This document shows, in pieces, positions 11,406 through 27,511 of a stretch of DNA of 64,000 nt (positions are counted from its first letter, which is position 1; each line of letters begins with the position of its first letter). The DNA is from an uncultured Nitrososphaeraceae archaeon (GTDB lineage Archaea > Thermoproteota > Nitrososphaeria > Nitrososphaerales > Nitrososphaeraceae). Below the pieces are notes generated by a model. It had not been told where the DNA came from. It was given only the letters and a program-made list of their open reading frames with translations, and did no database searches. The translations under genes and the position numbers were made by a program. The DNA lies in the NCBI GenBank assembly GCA_963729045.1, contig CAVSMN010000012.1:192001-256000 (forward strand). Direction: 5' to 3'.

Positions 11406-12800
11406 ATGAAATCTATGTCTCAAAAAACTAGAATTGATAAGGATTCATTAGGCGAGGTGGTAGTCCCAGAAAATGCATATTATGGTCCATTCACTGCAAG
11501 AGCAAAGGAACAATATCAAATAACAAAACTCCCTCCACATAGGAACTTTGTCATGGCGTTCATAATGATTAAGAAAGCGGCTGCTATAACAAACCGAGAC
11601 CTTGGCGTGTTGTCGTCACAAATTGCCAACGCAATAATCAGAAGCTGTGATGAAATTTTGGCAGGAAAATTGTCTGATCAATTTGTAATCGAGACACTTA
11701 ATTCGGGAGCAAGTACCGCTTTTAATATGAATTGTAATGAGGTAATTGCAAACCGGGCGCTAGAGATCCTTGGCAAACCAAAGGGTTCTTACGAAATAAT
11801 CAGCCCGAATGACCATGTGAATATGTCTCAGTCAAGTAACGATACCTCTCCTACAGCCATTCATATTTCTATAATCATGAATTGTCAAGAGTTACTAAAA
11901 TCATTGGACCAATTGATCCGTTCAATAGAAAAAAAAGCAATTGACTTTAAAGATGATATAAAAATTGGTAGAACTCACTTGATGGATGCAATCCCTGTCA
12001 CCATGGGAGACGAATTTAGTTCATACTTGTTTGCATTAATAAAATCAAAAGAATTTATCATCGGGTCTCTGGAACAACTCTACTATGTCGCCCTTGGGGG
12101 AACGGCAGTAGGAACGGGCGCAAATACCCCAAAAGGTTATCAACCTCTTGTGGTGGAAAATCTAGCAAATATTTCTGGACTGCCATTGAAGCCGTCTCCT
12201 AACTTATTCTATTCTCTACAAAGTAGACTCGATGTTGCGAATTGCTCCTCTGCAATAAAAAATCTTGCCATAGAATTGACAAAAATGTCAAACGATTTTA
12301 GGTTGATGGCTTCAGGGCCCACTGCCGGATTTGCAGAAATCACTATTCCAGCTGTTCATGCAGGGTCCTCAATAATGCCGGGAAAAGTCAATCCTTCTCT
12401 TTCTGAGACCCTGAATATGATTTGTTTTATAGTAATCGGAAATGATCTTTCAGTCACTCTGGCATCTCAGGCAGGACAGTTTGAATTAAACGTCATGCTT
12501 GGAGGGATGGTTAAATCAGTGTTAGATTCCACCGATATGCTCACTAATTTTCTACCTATATTTTCCAAGAATATGGTTGATGGAATACAAACAAACAAAC
12601 AAAAACTTCAATTAAGCGTACAGAAGAGCCCTGTGTTGGTAACATTATTGAATCCCATAATAGGCTATCTAAAAGCAGCTGAAGTTTACAAAGAAGCTAT
12701 GTCGAGCAACAAAACCATTAAAGAAGTAATAATTGAGAGAAAATTAATGAGTGAGGAGGAATTCGATAACGCATTATCCAAGGAAAGACTCCTATCATGA
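11406..12800 (+). CDS. Class II fumarate hydratase / aspartate ammonia-lyase family protein
   Basis: GSSIMPGKVNP signature, NMSQSSNDT, KIGRTHLMDA, GQFELNV. Confidence 0.92.
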   Translation: MKSMSQKTRIDKDSLGEVVVPENAYYGPFTARAKEQYQITKLPPHRNFVMAFIMIKKAAAITNRDLGVLSSQIANAIIRSCDEILAGKLSDQFVIETLNSGASTAFNMNCNEVIANRALEILGKPKGSYEIISPNDHVNMSQSSNDTSPTAIHISIIMNCQELLKSLDQLIRSIEKKAIDFKDDIKIGRTHLMDAIPVTMGDEFSSYLFALIKSKEFIIGSLEQLYYVALGGTAVGTGANTPKGYQPLVVENLANISGLPLKPSPNLFYSLQSRLDVANCSSAIKNLAIELTKMSNDFRLMASGPTAGFAEITIPAVHAGSSIMPGKVNPSLSETLNMICFIVIGNDLSVTLASQAGQFELNVMLGGMVKSVLDSTDMLTNFLPIFSKNMVDGIQTNKQKLQLSVQKSPVLVTLLNPIIGYLKAAEVYKEAMSSNKTIKEVIIERKLMSEEEFDNALSKERLLS

Positions 12801-12815
12801 TCAATACCCATCGTC

Positions 12816-13005
12816 TTATTTGTTAATTGAGGGGTGATATCCACAAATATCGCAATGCTTGAATTGTTCACCGTCTAGATGGTTGAAATGTACATCCACA
12901 GGCCTTACAAGTATGATGAGAATCCTCATATCCATCAGAAGCTATAAAATCGTTACTAATTAAACTTGGACTTTTGCAATTTATACATCTGCAATTGCAT
13001 TCCAT
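12816..13005 (-). CDS. Small Cys/His-rich zinc-binding protein (about 62 aa) with one inserted base
   Basis: MECNCRCINCKSPSLISNDFIASDGYEDSHHTCKACG, then frame change, VHFNHLDGEQFKHCDICGYHPSINK*; span is 190 nt (3n+1). Confidence 0.7.
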
Positions 13006-13068
13006 ATGTATATACATCTATCTCGTTATAAAAAATGTATTGTTTAAATTATGTAAACGATATAGTAC

Positions 13069-13579
13069 ATGATACAATTGAAGCAAATTATTTCCTCATC
13101 GTTTTCATTTCTAGTTCTTTTCTTACTGTTGTTAATCCCAATAGTCTATAATGAATTTGAAAGTGTCAAAGCGCAACAACAAGAACAAAATCAAACAGTC
13201 TTTGGTGTCGGTAGGAGGAGTGAATTTACTAACCAGTCTTTCGACAACTCCAGATTCTCAGTCTAAGGGATTAGCAATTAAGGATTCCCTCAATGAAAAC
13301 GAAGGGATGTTATTCATTTTTGAATTGCCACAAAAATACTCTTTTTGGATGAAGGACATGAAATTTCCGATAGACATAATTTGGATTAATTCGACTGGCA
13401 AGATCGTTCACATTGAGAAAAATCTTCCGCCCTGTGTCTTCTTGATTCCGTGTCCTTCCTATACACCAAATGATGATTCATTGTATGTATTAGAAGTTGT
13501 ATCCAATTTTACAAACAAATTTGACATAAATATCGGTGACGCCGTCGACTCTAAAGTCATAAAACAGAGTCAGCGTTAG
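13069..13579 (+). CDS. Exported DUF192 family protein, frameshifted near 13200
   Basis: Signal/TM N-terminus, then KGL..EGMLFIF..SFWMKDMKFPIDIIWI..LYVLEV. Confidence 0.85.
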
Positions 13580-13589
13580 AATTTTTATG

Positions 13590-13742
13590 CTAGGATTTGA
13601 AACTATCAACTAACTTCTTGTGGTAGCTACTGAGACATTGTAATCCTGAATCTTGGTCTTTTGGTATTACTTGAATTTTTTTTAATTGCTTTACAGAATA
13701 AATTGATTTCAGAAAATTAAAGCAAGTTTCACAGACATACAT
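13590..13742 (-). CDS. Small hypothetical protein with an N-terminal CxxC (50 aa)
   Basis: MYVCETCFNFLKSIYSVKQLKKIQVIPKDQDSGLQCLSSYHKKLVDSFKS*; AT-rich promoter-like DNA upstream. Confidence 0.4.
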   Translation of the reverse strand: MYVCETCFNFLKSIYSVKQLKKIQVIPKDQDSGLQCLSSYHKKLVDSFKS

Positions 13743-14217
13743 ATCTTAATAATATAGTAATTGTCAATTAATTTGTTATTTTAGTTTGATGAATCATTAA
13801 GAAATGCGACAGGTTTTTTGTTACCTTTGTGCCTATGATTAAATTTGTAGCAGTAATCAGCCACCAGGGAGATAACTCAGTTCTAATAAGAAGTATATAG
13901 GAGAATACGATTATCATCGATTTTAAGTCATCTATTAATCGTTATTCTTTGGTTCATCTCTATTTTACATATCATCTATTATAATTCTACTGTCAGTGTA
14001 ATGAATTTCTTTATCCAAAGAATCTATATTCTAAATTCAACTTTAAGAATTACGACGATAAAGATTTTTTTCGTTGTTCGCCACATATGGCAAATACTTA
14101 TCAAATCTCAATAGTTTATCCAGTTCAACAATTTATCACGAGAGCAATAGAATTTCGTATTGTTATGTTATTGTATGTTAACACTTAAAAATAGGTAGTA
14201 TTGTAAAAGAAGATATC

Positions 14218-14376
14218 ATGGCTGCCCGCAAAAGTACAACCAGAAAAATAAGACTATTGAAAAAAATCAAACAAAATAGACCGGTGCCAGCCTGGATTAT
14301 TATTCGGACACACCGACATGTTAGAACAAATCCAAAAAGAAGGTCATGGCGCAGATCAGATGTGAATATAGGATAA
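14218..14376 (+). CDS. rpl39e: 50S ribosomal protein L39e (absent from the ORF track)
   Basis: MAARKSTTRKIRLLKKIKQNRPVPAWIIIRTHRHVRTNPKRRSWRRSDVNIG; directly upstream of rpl31e. Confidence 0.95.
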   Translation: MAARKSTTRKIRLLKKIKQNRPVPAWIIIRTHRHVRTNPKRRSWRRSDVNIG

Positions 14377-14394
14377 AAAAGGAGATAATGTAAA

Positions 14395-14820
14395 ATGTCA
14401 ACAGTTGAGGATACACTCGCAAGAATATATACAATAAATTTCAGTAAAGCATGGTTAACACCAAAGCATAAGAGAACTGATAGAGTAGTTAACATGATTA
14501 AAGAATTCGCTATAAAACATATGAAAAGCTCGCAAATTAAGATTGATCAAGAGCTGAATCGATATATTTGGGAAAGAGGCAAAACTAATCCCCCAAGAAA
14601 GGTGAGGGTTAGAATTGTGAAGGATGAAGATGATCAGGTTATAGTTTCTCTATATGAGGATATTGTCATCGAATCAGATTCTCAAACTAAAACCGAAACA
14701 TCAGAAAAGGTCGAAGTGGAAGATGATAGTGTTCCAGTTGAAGAGAGCGGACCGAAAAAAAGAAATAACAATGATCATAATTTAATCTTGAATTATATTC
14801 AAATAATTTTTTATATTTAG
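14395..14820 (+). CDS. rpl31e: 50S ribosomal protein L31e
   Basis: RIYTINF..KRTDR..IKEFAIKHMK..LNRYIWERG..PPRKVRVR; the tail after the A run at ~14755 may be frameshifted. Confidence 0.93.
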   Translation: MSTVEDTLARIYTINFSKAWLTPKHKRTDRVVNMIKEFAIKHMKSSQIKIDQELNRYIWERGKTNPPRKVRVRIVKDEDDQVIVSLYEDIVIESDSQTKTETSEKVEVEDDSVPVEESGPKKRNNNDHNLILNYIQIIFYI

Positions 14821-14902
14821 AATTATCAATAATTTCAGAAATAAAAAAATACTTGACTGTGGCGTTACGCCTTAGATTTTATTTCTTTTTTAAGTATCAA
14901 AA

Positions 14903-15894
14903 TCAATTATTGGATCTTCTGTTAACTAAAGTAAATCCTGATTCAATATCATTGAAATAAGGTAATTGAATATCATCCATTGCTATTTCAGGTTCAAAAT
15001 CTAAAATATTTTTCTTCGGAATCAAAAAGTTCAGCGGATCGTATCCTGATACAATGTCTTTATTTGTTTTCACCAGGATATGACATTTTGTGGTATCATT
15101 CCCTTCTTCTAGTATGTTTACTTCTTGTTCAGCCTCCGAAAGTAAATTATTGGCTGTTTCTATTACATTTTTCATTATTGAAATTTTTTCAGTAGGCTGA
15201 TACAAATAGAGCGAGCATTTTTGGATACTATTAATATCAATTTTTTGTGTTAGTTGAGCCATTGTTTCTATAAAGGCATTCTTTATCCCTTTTGTAGATT
15301 TATTAGAAGTAACAAAATTAAATTTTTCTGGAAAACTCTTGGTCACTGATTGAACTATTATATCGACTATTGCTGTATTTGTAATCTTGTAGCATTGTTC
15401 AATGGAAATATCATTACCATTTCTTATTATTGCATTGTTATCAATTACTATAACACTGTTAACGAATTTACATAAAAAAGAAAGAGATACTCCGCAACGA
15501 AATAACTTTTCTTTCTCAAATCCAAAAGGAAGTATAGTTAAGCAAATTATCTCTCGATTCATGTTGTTCTTTAGCATTTGAGATAAAACTGGCAATACTG
15601 CTGAGCCAAACTTGGAAGCCAAGTTTCCAACAATGATAATAGATTGGTATTGGTTAACCTTTGATAAAATATCTTCTGTTGCTTCCAATAATGTTTTTCT
15701 AATTTGGTCTAAGATGGATTAATTCTGGAAGGAATAGTTATTTCAATTTTATTATCAAAATCTGAGCCGGTCGAGGAATGATTCTCCAAAAGAAGATAAT
15801 CTAAATTTACTTTTTCCAATACTTCAGTTGTTATCTTTATCCCTGCATTCCCAACACCGATAATACACGTATTCAAAGTATTAGCATTTTTCAA
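14903..15894 (-). CDS. ftsZ: Divergent FtsZ/tubulin-family protein, frameshifted near 15710
   Basis: IIGVGNAGIKI, ILPFGFE, VIVIDNNAI; the GGGTG[S/T]G signature is replaced by NLASKFGSA. Confidence 0.75.
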
Positions 15895-15955
15895 TCGTCA
15901 TTAACAAACCTTAGTCGATAGATAAAAGTGTTGTGTGATCACTTGTGGTCGTAGA

Positions 15956-17535
15956 CTAAACTGGAATTGCGTTTAAGACATGATTTGAATAGCCTATTAC
16001 TCTGACTCTGACTCTCTTGCCTATGAAAGGATTGTCAAAATATAATATACTATTCTTATAAGGACCAGTTTTGATAACCATATTTTCTTCCTTTTGATCC
16101 GTATATTTGTGATAGACCTTTGATTCTTGTATTCTTGAATGATAAGTTGGTTTGGTTCTTTCCTTTCAAAAATGACTCATCAGGATCACGTTCTAGAATT
16201 ATTGATTTGTAATAATCATTCCTCCCCTTCAGCTTTCCGTTTTCAATTTCGTTAATGAGGACCTCTCCTTCCCAATTTATCCACTTGGAATTTCTCCTTT
16301 TTGCTATTGCTTTGATTAAATTATGCAGCCTTTCTGATCTAGCTGAAATTATGTCGTCATCGACCTTTTTTAATTTCGATGCGGCAGTTCCGGGCCTAGA
16401 ACTGAATTTCGATGAATTAACAATATCGGGATCTATAAATGATATTAAATCTAAAGTCTGTTCAAAATCCTCATTGGTTTCTGTTGGGAATCCAGTAATA
16501 ATGTCTGTTGCAATTGTGATTTCTGGAATCTTGTCTTTCAATCTCGTGATAAGATCTTTGGTGGTATTAACCGTGTGTCCTCTTTTCATTTTCCTTAAGA
16601 TTCTTTCGCTCCCGCTCTGGATGGGGATGTGGATGAATTTAAAAAGCTTATTACTTTCTGAATATAGCGTCGATAGATCGTTTATCATTCTGTTCAGATA
16701 CATTGGGTTCATCATTCCGAGTCTTATCTTAAATTCTTGTTCTATTTTTTCGCAGCTCCTTAACAAATTTATTAAGTTAGTCCCAATGTCCAATCCATAA
16801 CATCCATTATCCGTAGATGTAAGCCAAATCTCTTTACTCCCATGTTCTAAATCTTCTCTTATTTGTTTAACTATTTCACCAATTCTATAACTCCTTAGGT
16901 CACCCTTTGCAAGCTTTGTTTGGCAAAAGGTACATTCGCTTAGACAACCAGTTGAGATTTCAATGATACTAATTATCGGACTGATCCGGAACTTAGGTAT
17001 ATTTATTTTTTCAATATTTGAATTCACTAAGCTTGACACAGTTTGTCCACCCAATGCTGCATGAGCGACCTCGACTACCTTATCAATAGAATTTGGTCCA
17101 ATTATGCTGGCGTGGGAATTGGCAGATTTTACTAAACTCTCATCAGCTGCCGGCAAGCAACCAGCAATAATCAAAGGCTTGTTAGTATTAGTCAAATACT
17201 TAATCCGATGAATCATTTTATGTTCAGTAGAATTTTTTACCGAGCAGGTTACTATCAAATTAATACTAGAGTTCTCTGGATTCTCAGCCAACCTGAATCC
17301 CCGTAGTTTTAGCCTGTCCCGCCATCATTTCTAAATCAGCAAAATTGGCTGAGCAACCATAACCTTCGATCCAGAAACTGGGTCTTTGTTGATACTCATC
17401 ATTTTTTGGTTCTTCATCTGTTCCATATCCAGCATTTTTTCTAATTCTTTTTTTAGAAGGTATTTCTGTTCTTTTTAAGAGTTTAATATGGTCAATTAAT
17501 TGTGGCTTTAAGGAAACGAAAATTGATGCAGCCAT
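15956..17535 (-). CDS. MiaB-like tRNA methylthiotransferase (MtaB/CDKAL1 type, radical SAM), frameshifted
   Basis: IEGYGCSANFAD, VTCSVK, IIAGCLP, GCLSECTFC (CxxxCxxC), HIPIQSGS, TDIITGFPTET, FSSRPGT; TRAM-like tail IGKRVRVRVIGYS in another frame. Confidence 0.9.
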
Positions 17536-17684
17536 CTATTGTTCTGTTGGTTGTAATAGATCTCAATCTCACTTCTTGGTTGAATCGAATTGAGAAATAT
17601 ACCTTTTCCTTAACAACCTACTAGAACCTTGTGAGTTGTCATTAGTTAATATATATCTCTCCAGACCGAAAACGTACTTTAGTC

Positions 17685-18440
17685 ATGAATATTCTTAATA
17701 ATTGCTATGTAGTGACGAAACAAATCTTTATCATTGCGTATATGACAGGATTCCTTTGGTTAAGAAGGAATCCACTGTCATTAATATTCACGGCCATTTC
17801 TCCATTTTCATTGTTGTTCATATTATTTGTAGTAAGTAGTGGTGAATACGTACAGTTTGCCGTTGCTGGCAGTCTGGTTATGGCGCTAGTAGGTTACGGA
17901 TTGGCTTTAGGTCAAGATATTTCATTTTACAAAATTGAATATAAAATGCAAGACGTATTTGTTGCCTCTCCAGTTTCTTCCATAACCTATATGCTGGGAT
18001 TGGCTTTGTCACAATTACTATATGGGCTACCTGCACTGATGGTTTTGCTCTCACTTGCCGTATATTTTTCAGTTTCTTTAAATTTCATTCCTTTGTTATT
18101 ATTAAATGTCTTTCTCATTTGGGGGACTATGTCTTCCATAGGATTTTTCTTGTCTTCTCACATGCTGCATATGCGAAATGCCACTCAGTTAATTTCTTTC
18201 GTAAATGTTATTATTGCTATTATACCTCCAGTTTTTTATTCAATAGAAAAATTACCCTTAGATTTACAATTCATATCATATTTTGTTCCCACCACTCATG
18301 CCTCATTGATGTTGCAATATTCAATGGGTTTTCCAGTACCTCCGGGTTGGACCATCTCATTAGGATTATTTGTCCAAACTGCATACTTTGTTTTTTTTAT
18401 ATTGGTGGCAAAGAAAAAGGCTTTGTGGAGAGAAAATTAG
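17685..18440 (+). CDS. ABC-2 type exporter permease
   Basis: About six hydrophobic segments; FVASPVS, PPVFYSIEKLP..FVPTTHA; no ATPase gene adjacent. Confidence 0.8.
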   Translation: MNILNNCYVVTKQIFIIAYMTGFLWLRRNPLSLIFTAISPFSLLFILFVVSSGEYVQFAVAGSLVMALVGYGLALGQDISFYKIEYKMQDVFVASPVSSITYMLGLALSQLLYGLPALMVLLSLAVYFSVSLNFIPLLLLNVFLIWGTMSSIGFFLSSHMLHMRNATQLISFVNVIIAIIPPVFYSIEKLPLDLQFISYFVPTTHASLMLQYSMGFPVPPGWTISLGLFVQTAYFVFFILVAKKKALWREN

Positions 18441-18486
18441 GGTGAGAATGGGTGATATGTATGCTAAAACTCTTGCTTTAGTCTAA

Positions 18487-19822
18487 TTATTGTTTATTCT
18501 GTTCAAATATTCTTCTAGTGGAATCGACCAATTTAACTACATCTTTCTTATCATTTGCGTTTGAAAAAGCTCCCATCTTCCCTGGCAAGAAAAATATATC
18601 ATGTTTAGCCATTAGTGCCAGATTATAATTAATTAAAATCTCCCTATCGCTTAGTGCTGCATCAACAGCATTGTCTATCCTCTCTGTCTTTTCATTCAGG
18701 AAATGAACCATGAATAATGAACCTATTCCTGTAACTTGGACTCTTATTCCAAGCTCAACGAATAATTTTGTCAATTCTCTTCTTGCAGTTTCTCCAAGAC
18801 CATTGATTCTCTCATAGATTCCTGGATTTTTTCTTAGCTCTTTTAAAGTATGATATCCCGCCTTCATAGTCAATGGGTTTGCTGAAAATGTACCTCCCCC
18901 AATCGAACAGTATGAAGATTTATTATTGTCCACAGTTGCATCTGCCAATTTCATTATTTCTTTCTTCCCGCAGACAGCTCCAATGGGAAGTCCTCCGCCA
19001 ATAATTTTGCCCAATGTAAAAAGGTCAGGGTCTAATTTGAATATGTTCATCGCACCATCAAAGGCAAATCTGAATCCAGTAACTATTTCGTCTAGTATGA
19101 AGAGGCTTTCGTTCCTTTTAGCAAACTCTTGTAATCCGAGTAGATACCCGTCCTGAGGAGGAATGCATCCTGCTCCACCCATAATCGGTTCGACAATAAT
19201 CGCTGCAAGGTCATCCTTAATAGACTCTAACACCTTGATGGATCTTTCTAAATCGTTAAATTGTAATGATTCAATAAAATGACCCTCATCTTCAATTAGT
19301 CCCATACCTTCATCCGCCTCATAAGGATAATTCACAGATTGCAAGAGGTTTGTATTAAAACCATGCCATCCACCCTCTACTTTGGCAATCACTCTTTTAC
19401 CCGTCGCAGCCCTGGCTAAACGAATTGCATACATGGTCGCTTCTGAGCCAGTACCTACAGAATCTTAAATTCTCCGCCAGGGGTATGGCCTTATGAATTT
19501 CATTACCTAGTTTCCAACTTGCTTTATTTGCAGTCCCATAGAGAGTACCTTTACCAACTTGCTTCTTTAATTTCGATGTCACGATCTCCGGAGAATGTCC
19601 AAGGATGAGAGCCCAGTGACCATTCCAAAAATCCAAATACCTGTTTCCATCAATGTCAAATAAATATTTACCACGTGACTTGATGGTAAAAAAAGGATAA
19701 GGTTTAAAGTATCGAATATTATGATTTATTCCCCCGGGAAAAATGTCTCTGGATTTGAAATACAAATTCATGGATTCAAATGTCTTACTCTTATACAAAT
19801 CCGCATAGTCTTCATATTTCAT
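18487..19822 (-). CDS. hemL: Glutamate-1-semialdehyde 2,1-aminomutase (class III aminotransferase), one inserted base near 19455
   Basis: FPGGINHNIR, YLFDIDGNRYLD, LRFC..TGSEATMYAIRLAR, FILDEIVTGFR, TLGKIIGGGLPIGA, GGTFSANP. Confidence 0.88.
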
Positions 19823-20452
19823 ATGTAATTTATTGTCCCTTCTCAGAATCTTTTATATGTTTTTAAATTTTAGATTGAGATAATAAATTATTCAAAGATA
19901 TTCTGGAAGGATTATTTTATTCAGTAATCTATTTTACATTCGATCAAAATTTAATGAAAATCAGAGTACCTTTTGCCGTGTCCAGATTTAATTGACTTAT
20001 TAGCAAAATAAATATCATTATTATTGTTAATCTAAGAACAAGATTTATATTAATATTTTTTTGATTGTAAATAGAACGTATCCAAGATAAAAGGCGGAGT
20101 CGGTAATGAATTTGGCAATGCCACAATGTGATTTATAGACTTCCAGATGCGCTCATAACATTGTAAAGCTACAAAATAAAAAAATAGGGGGATTCGATCA
20201 AAAAAATCAGTGCTGACCTGATGGATTGAATCTGACATGGGAATGATCAGATAGACTAGAAATTTAGATTACGATACTAATAAAAGTTAACAGTATGTTT
20301 TAGTTAAGATTTAGATCAATTGCTAAATTATGGATTCTCATAATTATGGCTTTGAATCAGAAGCATAGAAGACGTTTTGTCAAGTTAATGTTATGTACCT
20401 TGGAGTATTATTATTTTAGGTAATAGAAAATACACTTGTATTTTACATAAAA

Positions 20453-20482
20453 ACAACATACAAATCTAGTTTTTCGATCGTA
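20453..20482 (+). other. 5' strand of a putative pre-16S long-range processing stem (pairs with 22480-22509)
   Basis: ACAACATACAAATCTAGTTTTTCGATCGTA aligns with the reverse complement of 22480-22509, ACAACATACTAATCAGTTTTTCAAACCGTA. Confidence 0.6.
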
Positions 20483-20737
20483 CTCTTTCTCTTTATTGTT
20501 AATCTAAAAATAGAATAACAATAAAGAAAGAAACTCAATAAACGTCCTTTCAATTTTTCGATCTATTCTTTCCTGAGATGGGGAAGAAGATAACAGAAGA
20601 AGAAGAGAAATGGACGATATTTATATATAAAATAAACAAACAAACTCGTAAAAAAAGTTAGTTTGTTTATGTGAGAATCAACCGACGATTTATAATAAAG
20701 TAAATAATAATTCTACAGCCATTATTTACTTTATTTG

Positions 20738-22206
<1,469 letters not shown>

Positions 22207-23184
22207 TAGTTATTATATTGTAGTAGTGGTAGTGGGTTAGAAAGGGCCTTGTGCTCTTTCTAATCTGCGAGACTTTACAATAATTATACTAATAAAATAA
22301 AATAAAATAAATCCCTAAATCTATCTATCAATCATCTATCAATCCATACTATACACACTTATCTGTCCTGTCCATTACGAATGGACGATGATAAGATAGT
22401 ATAGCAGTAGAGTAGGATGGTAGATAAAGAAGGGAGTGCAATCAAATCAAAACTGATCAATCAATTCCTTCATTTTTCATACGGTTTGAAAAACTGATTA
22501 GTATGTTGTATTTTTATACAAATTGATATAAAGACAAAGATTAGAAAGAAAGAGAGCCCGTTAGTAAAACACACCAATATGACCTTAATCAAATGCAATT
22601 ACGTCTATGCAAATTCTTGATCGGCCTTCTTCTTTTAGAAATTAGAATAGCGTTGAAAATTAGAACGTTAGAATATAATCAGTCTATCTGATCATTCCAA
22701 TTAAAATCAGCATATAGTATCGGATGCAATTCTTTGTCTCATGTAAATGAGGAGTAGAAGATAAAGAATGAAGTTGATGTAGTAAATGTGAGTTTACAAT
22801 GATCATCATGTAAAGGAAAACTCCAATTGAATAAGGATATCAACAACATGTAGTAACACATTATCGCGGATTTCAAAATAGATTATATTCGCGTAATAAC
22901 AATGCAGTCATAATAATAAACAAAATTTCAGTTGATTGTTATAGTGCAATATGTGTGTTATAGTTGTAGGTAAACAGCAAATAATCTTTCATACATACGA
23001 AATACCAATACCAACCAAATTGAATTAGACTTTTCTACCACAAGTGGAACTAACTAACTAACTAACTAATAGATAACTAATAACAAACAAAAGATCCAAA
23101 GGACAAAGAAAGAAACTCCAAATAAAAAAGTAATTAATTAATTAATTAATTTATTAATTAATTTATAACTACTGGACTGGTGCA
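22207..23184 (+). other. Long 16S-23S spacer without a tRNA, with hairpins and microsatellites
   Basis: Hairpin TTAGAAAGGGC..GCTCTTTCTAA; (AATAA)n near 22291, (TAAC)n near 23050, (TAAT)n near 23131; no cloverleaf seen. Confidence 0.8.
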
Positions 23185-26125
<2,941 letters not shown>

Positions 26126-26468
26126 GATCTGTAATTAAAAAATTACAACCGACAAGAAAATTAGTGAATTAATACACTATAACACGTTTATCTGGTACTA
26201 TTAACATGATTTTGAAAATTTTGTTCATGACTATATTGTGCGTAAAGAGTAGTGTCGTATATTGGAATCAATTATTTGTGGTGCTATAGTTATTGATATC
26301 TTTACTATTCAACGGAGTTTTTCTAATTGTATCTATATATTTATTTACATTGGGATAATAGTTTTTATCACATATTGAATACATTTGAGTTCCTACTAAC
26401 GAGATTTTAATATTAGTAAGTATGATATAAACATCTAAATATCAATCTTATACTAAATTCTCGTTATA

Positions 26469-27458
26469 TTGAAAAGTATTTGTATATCCCATAAGGAAGA
26501 TGTTGATGGGATAGTTTCCGCTGCGTTACTACAAAACGCTTTGAAGATTAGGAACATATTTTTGGTAGATTATCCAAATTTATTGAATTCCTTAGACTAT
26601 ACCATATCTCTATGTCATAAGAATAGAAAATTCTCAAGAGTTTTTATTTGTGATGTTGGTCTAAACAAAAAGAATCAAAACTTATTTATAGACAAGTTGA
26701 AGATCCTACTTCTTAGAAATATAGAAGTTATCTATATAGATCATCACTATCTTGAGGTGGAAATAAGAAGAGAGCTGGAATCAATTGGGGTGAAACTAAT
26801 TCATGATATCAATGATTGCACTTCTGTTCAAATTTATCATTTAGTTAGAACAAAATTAAGCAGTAGGTTTGCGTTTTACGCTGCTGCAGCAGCATTAACG
26901 GATTATATGGAGTCAAATCCAAAGGCAAGTTTATTAGTTAGTAAATATGATCGAACGTTCTTAATGTTGGAATCGTGTTTCTTATCATATATCATATCTT
27001 CTTCGCAAAAGAATATTGACTTTCTAAAGTTTATCTCTAGAGCGATATCCAAAGGTAAAATGCCGCATGAGATTAAGAATGGATTTAGATTGGTCAGGGA
27101 GTTTTGTGAGAAGATTAATAAAGCAATTACCATAGTAGAAGAACAATCTAAGCACTTGAACAATATCTCATATTTTGAACATAATTTAGAGTTGTCTTCA
27201 AGCATGATAGTAAATTTCGTTTTGGGTATTACGGGTAAGAAGGTTGGAATAGCATTTAAATTAAAATCAAATATTAATTCATATATTCTTTCTATTCGTG
27301 GATCTAAGGAATGCAAGATTCATCTGGGGATGATAGTAAACAATTTGTCTGCGGAATTAAATGGTAGCGGAGGTGGGCATGATAAAGCATGCGGAGCTGT
27401 AATACCTACAGAGAATTTCAATAAATTTTTAGATAAATTAGATCAAGCAATCATCTAA
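26469..27458 (+). CDS. DHH/DHHA1 family phosphoesterase
   Basis: SHKEDVDG, ICDVG, YIDHH, SIRG, GSGGGHDKACGA. Confidence 0.9.
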   Translation: MKSICISHKEDVDGIVSAALLQNALKIRNIFLVDYPNLLNSLDYTISLCHKNRKFSRVFICDVGLNKKNQNLFIDKLKILLLRNIEVIYIDHHYLEVEIRRELESIGVKLIHDINDCTSVQIYHLVRTKLSSRFAFYAAAAALTDYMESNPKASLLVSKYDRTFLMLESCFLSYIISSSQKNIDFLKFISRAISKGKMPHEIKNGFRLVREFCEKINKAITIVEEQSKHLNNISYFEHNLELSSSMIVNFVLGITGKKVGIAFKLKSNINSYILSIRGSKECKIHLGMIVNNLSAELNGSGGGHDKACGAVIPTENFNKFLDKLDQAII

Positions 27459-27511
27459 CCATATCCAAAAAACTATTTAATCAATATTTGATTTATAACA
27501 TAGATTCCAAT

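Noticed and set aside
14178..14495. 105-aa minus-strand ORF
   Set aside because: Antisense to rpl39e and rpl31e.
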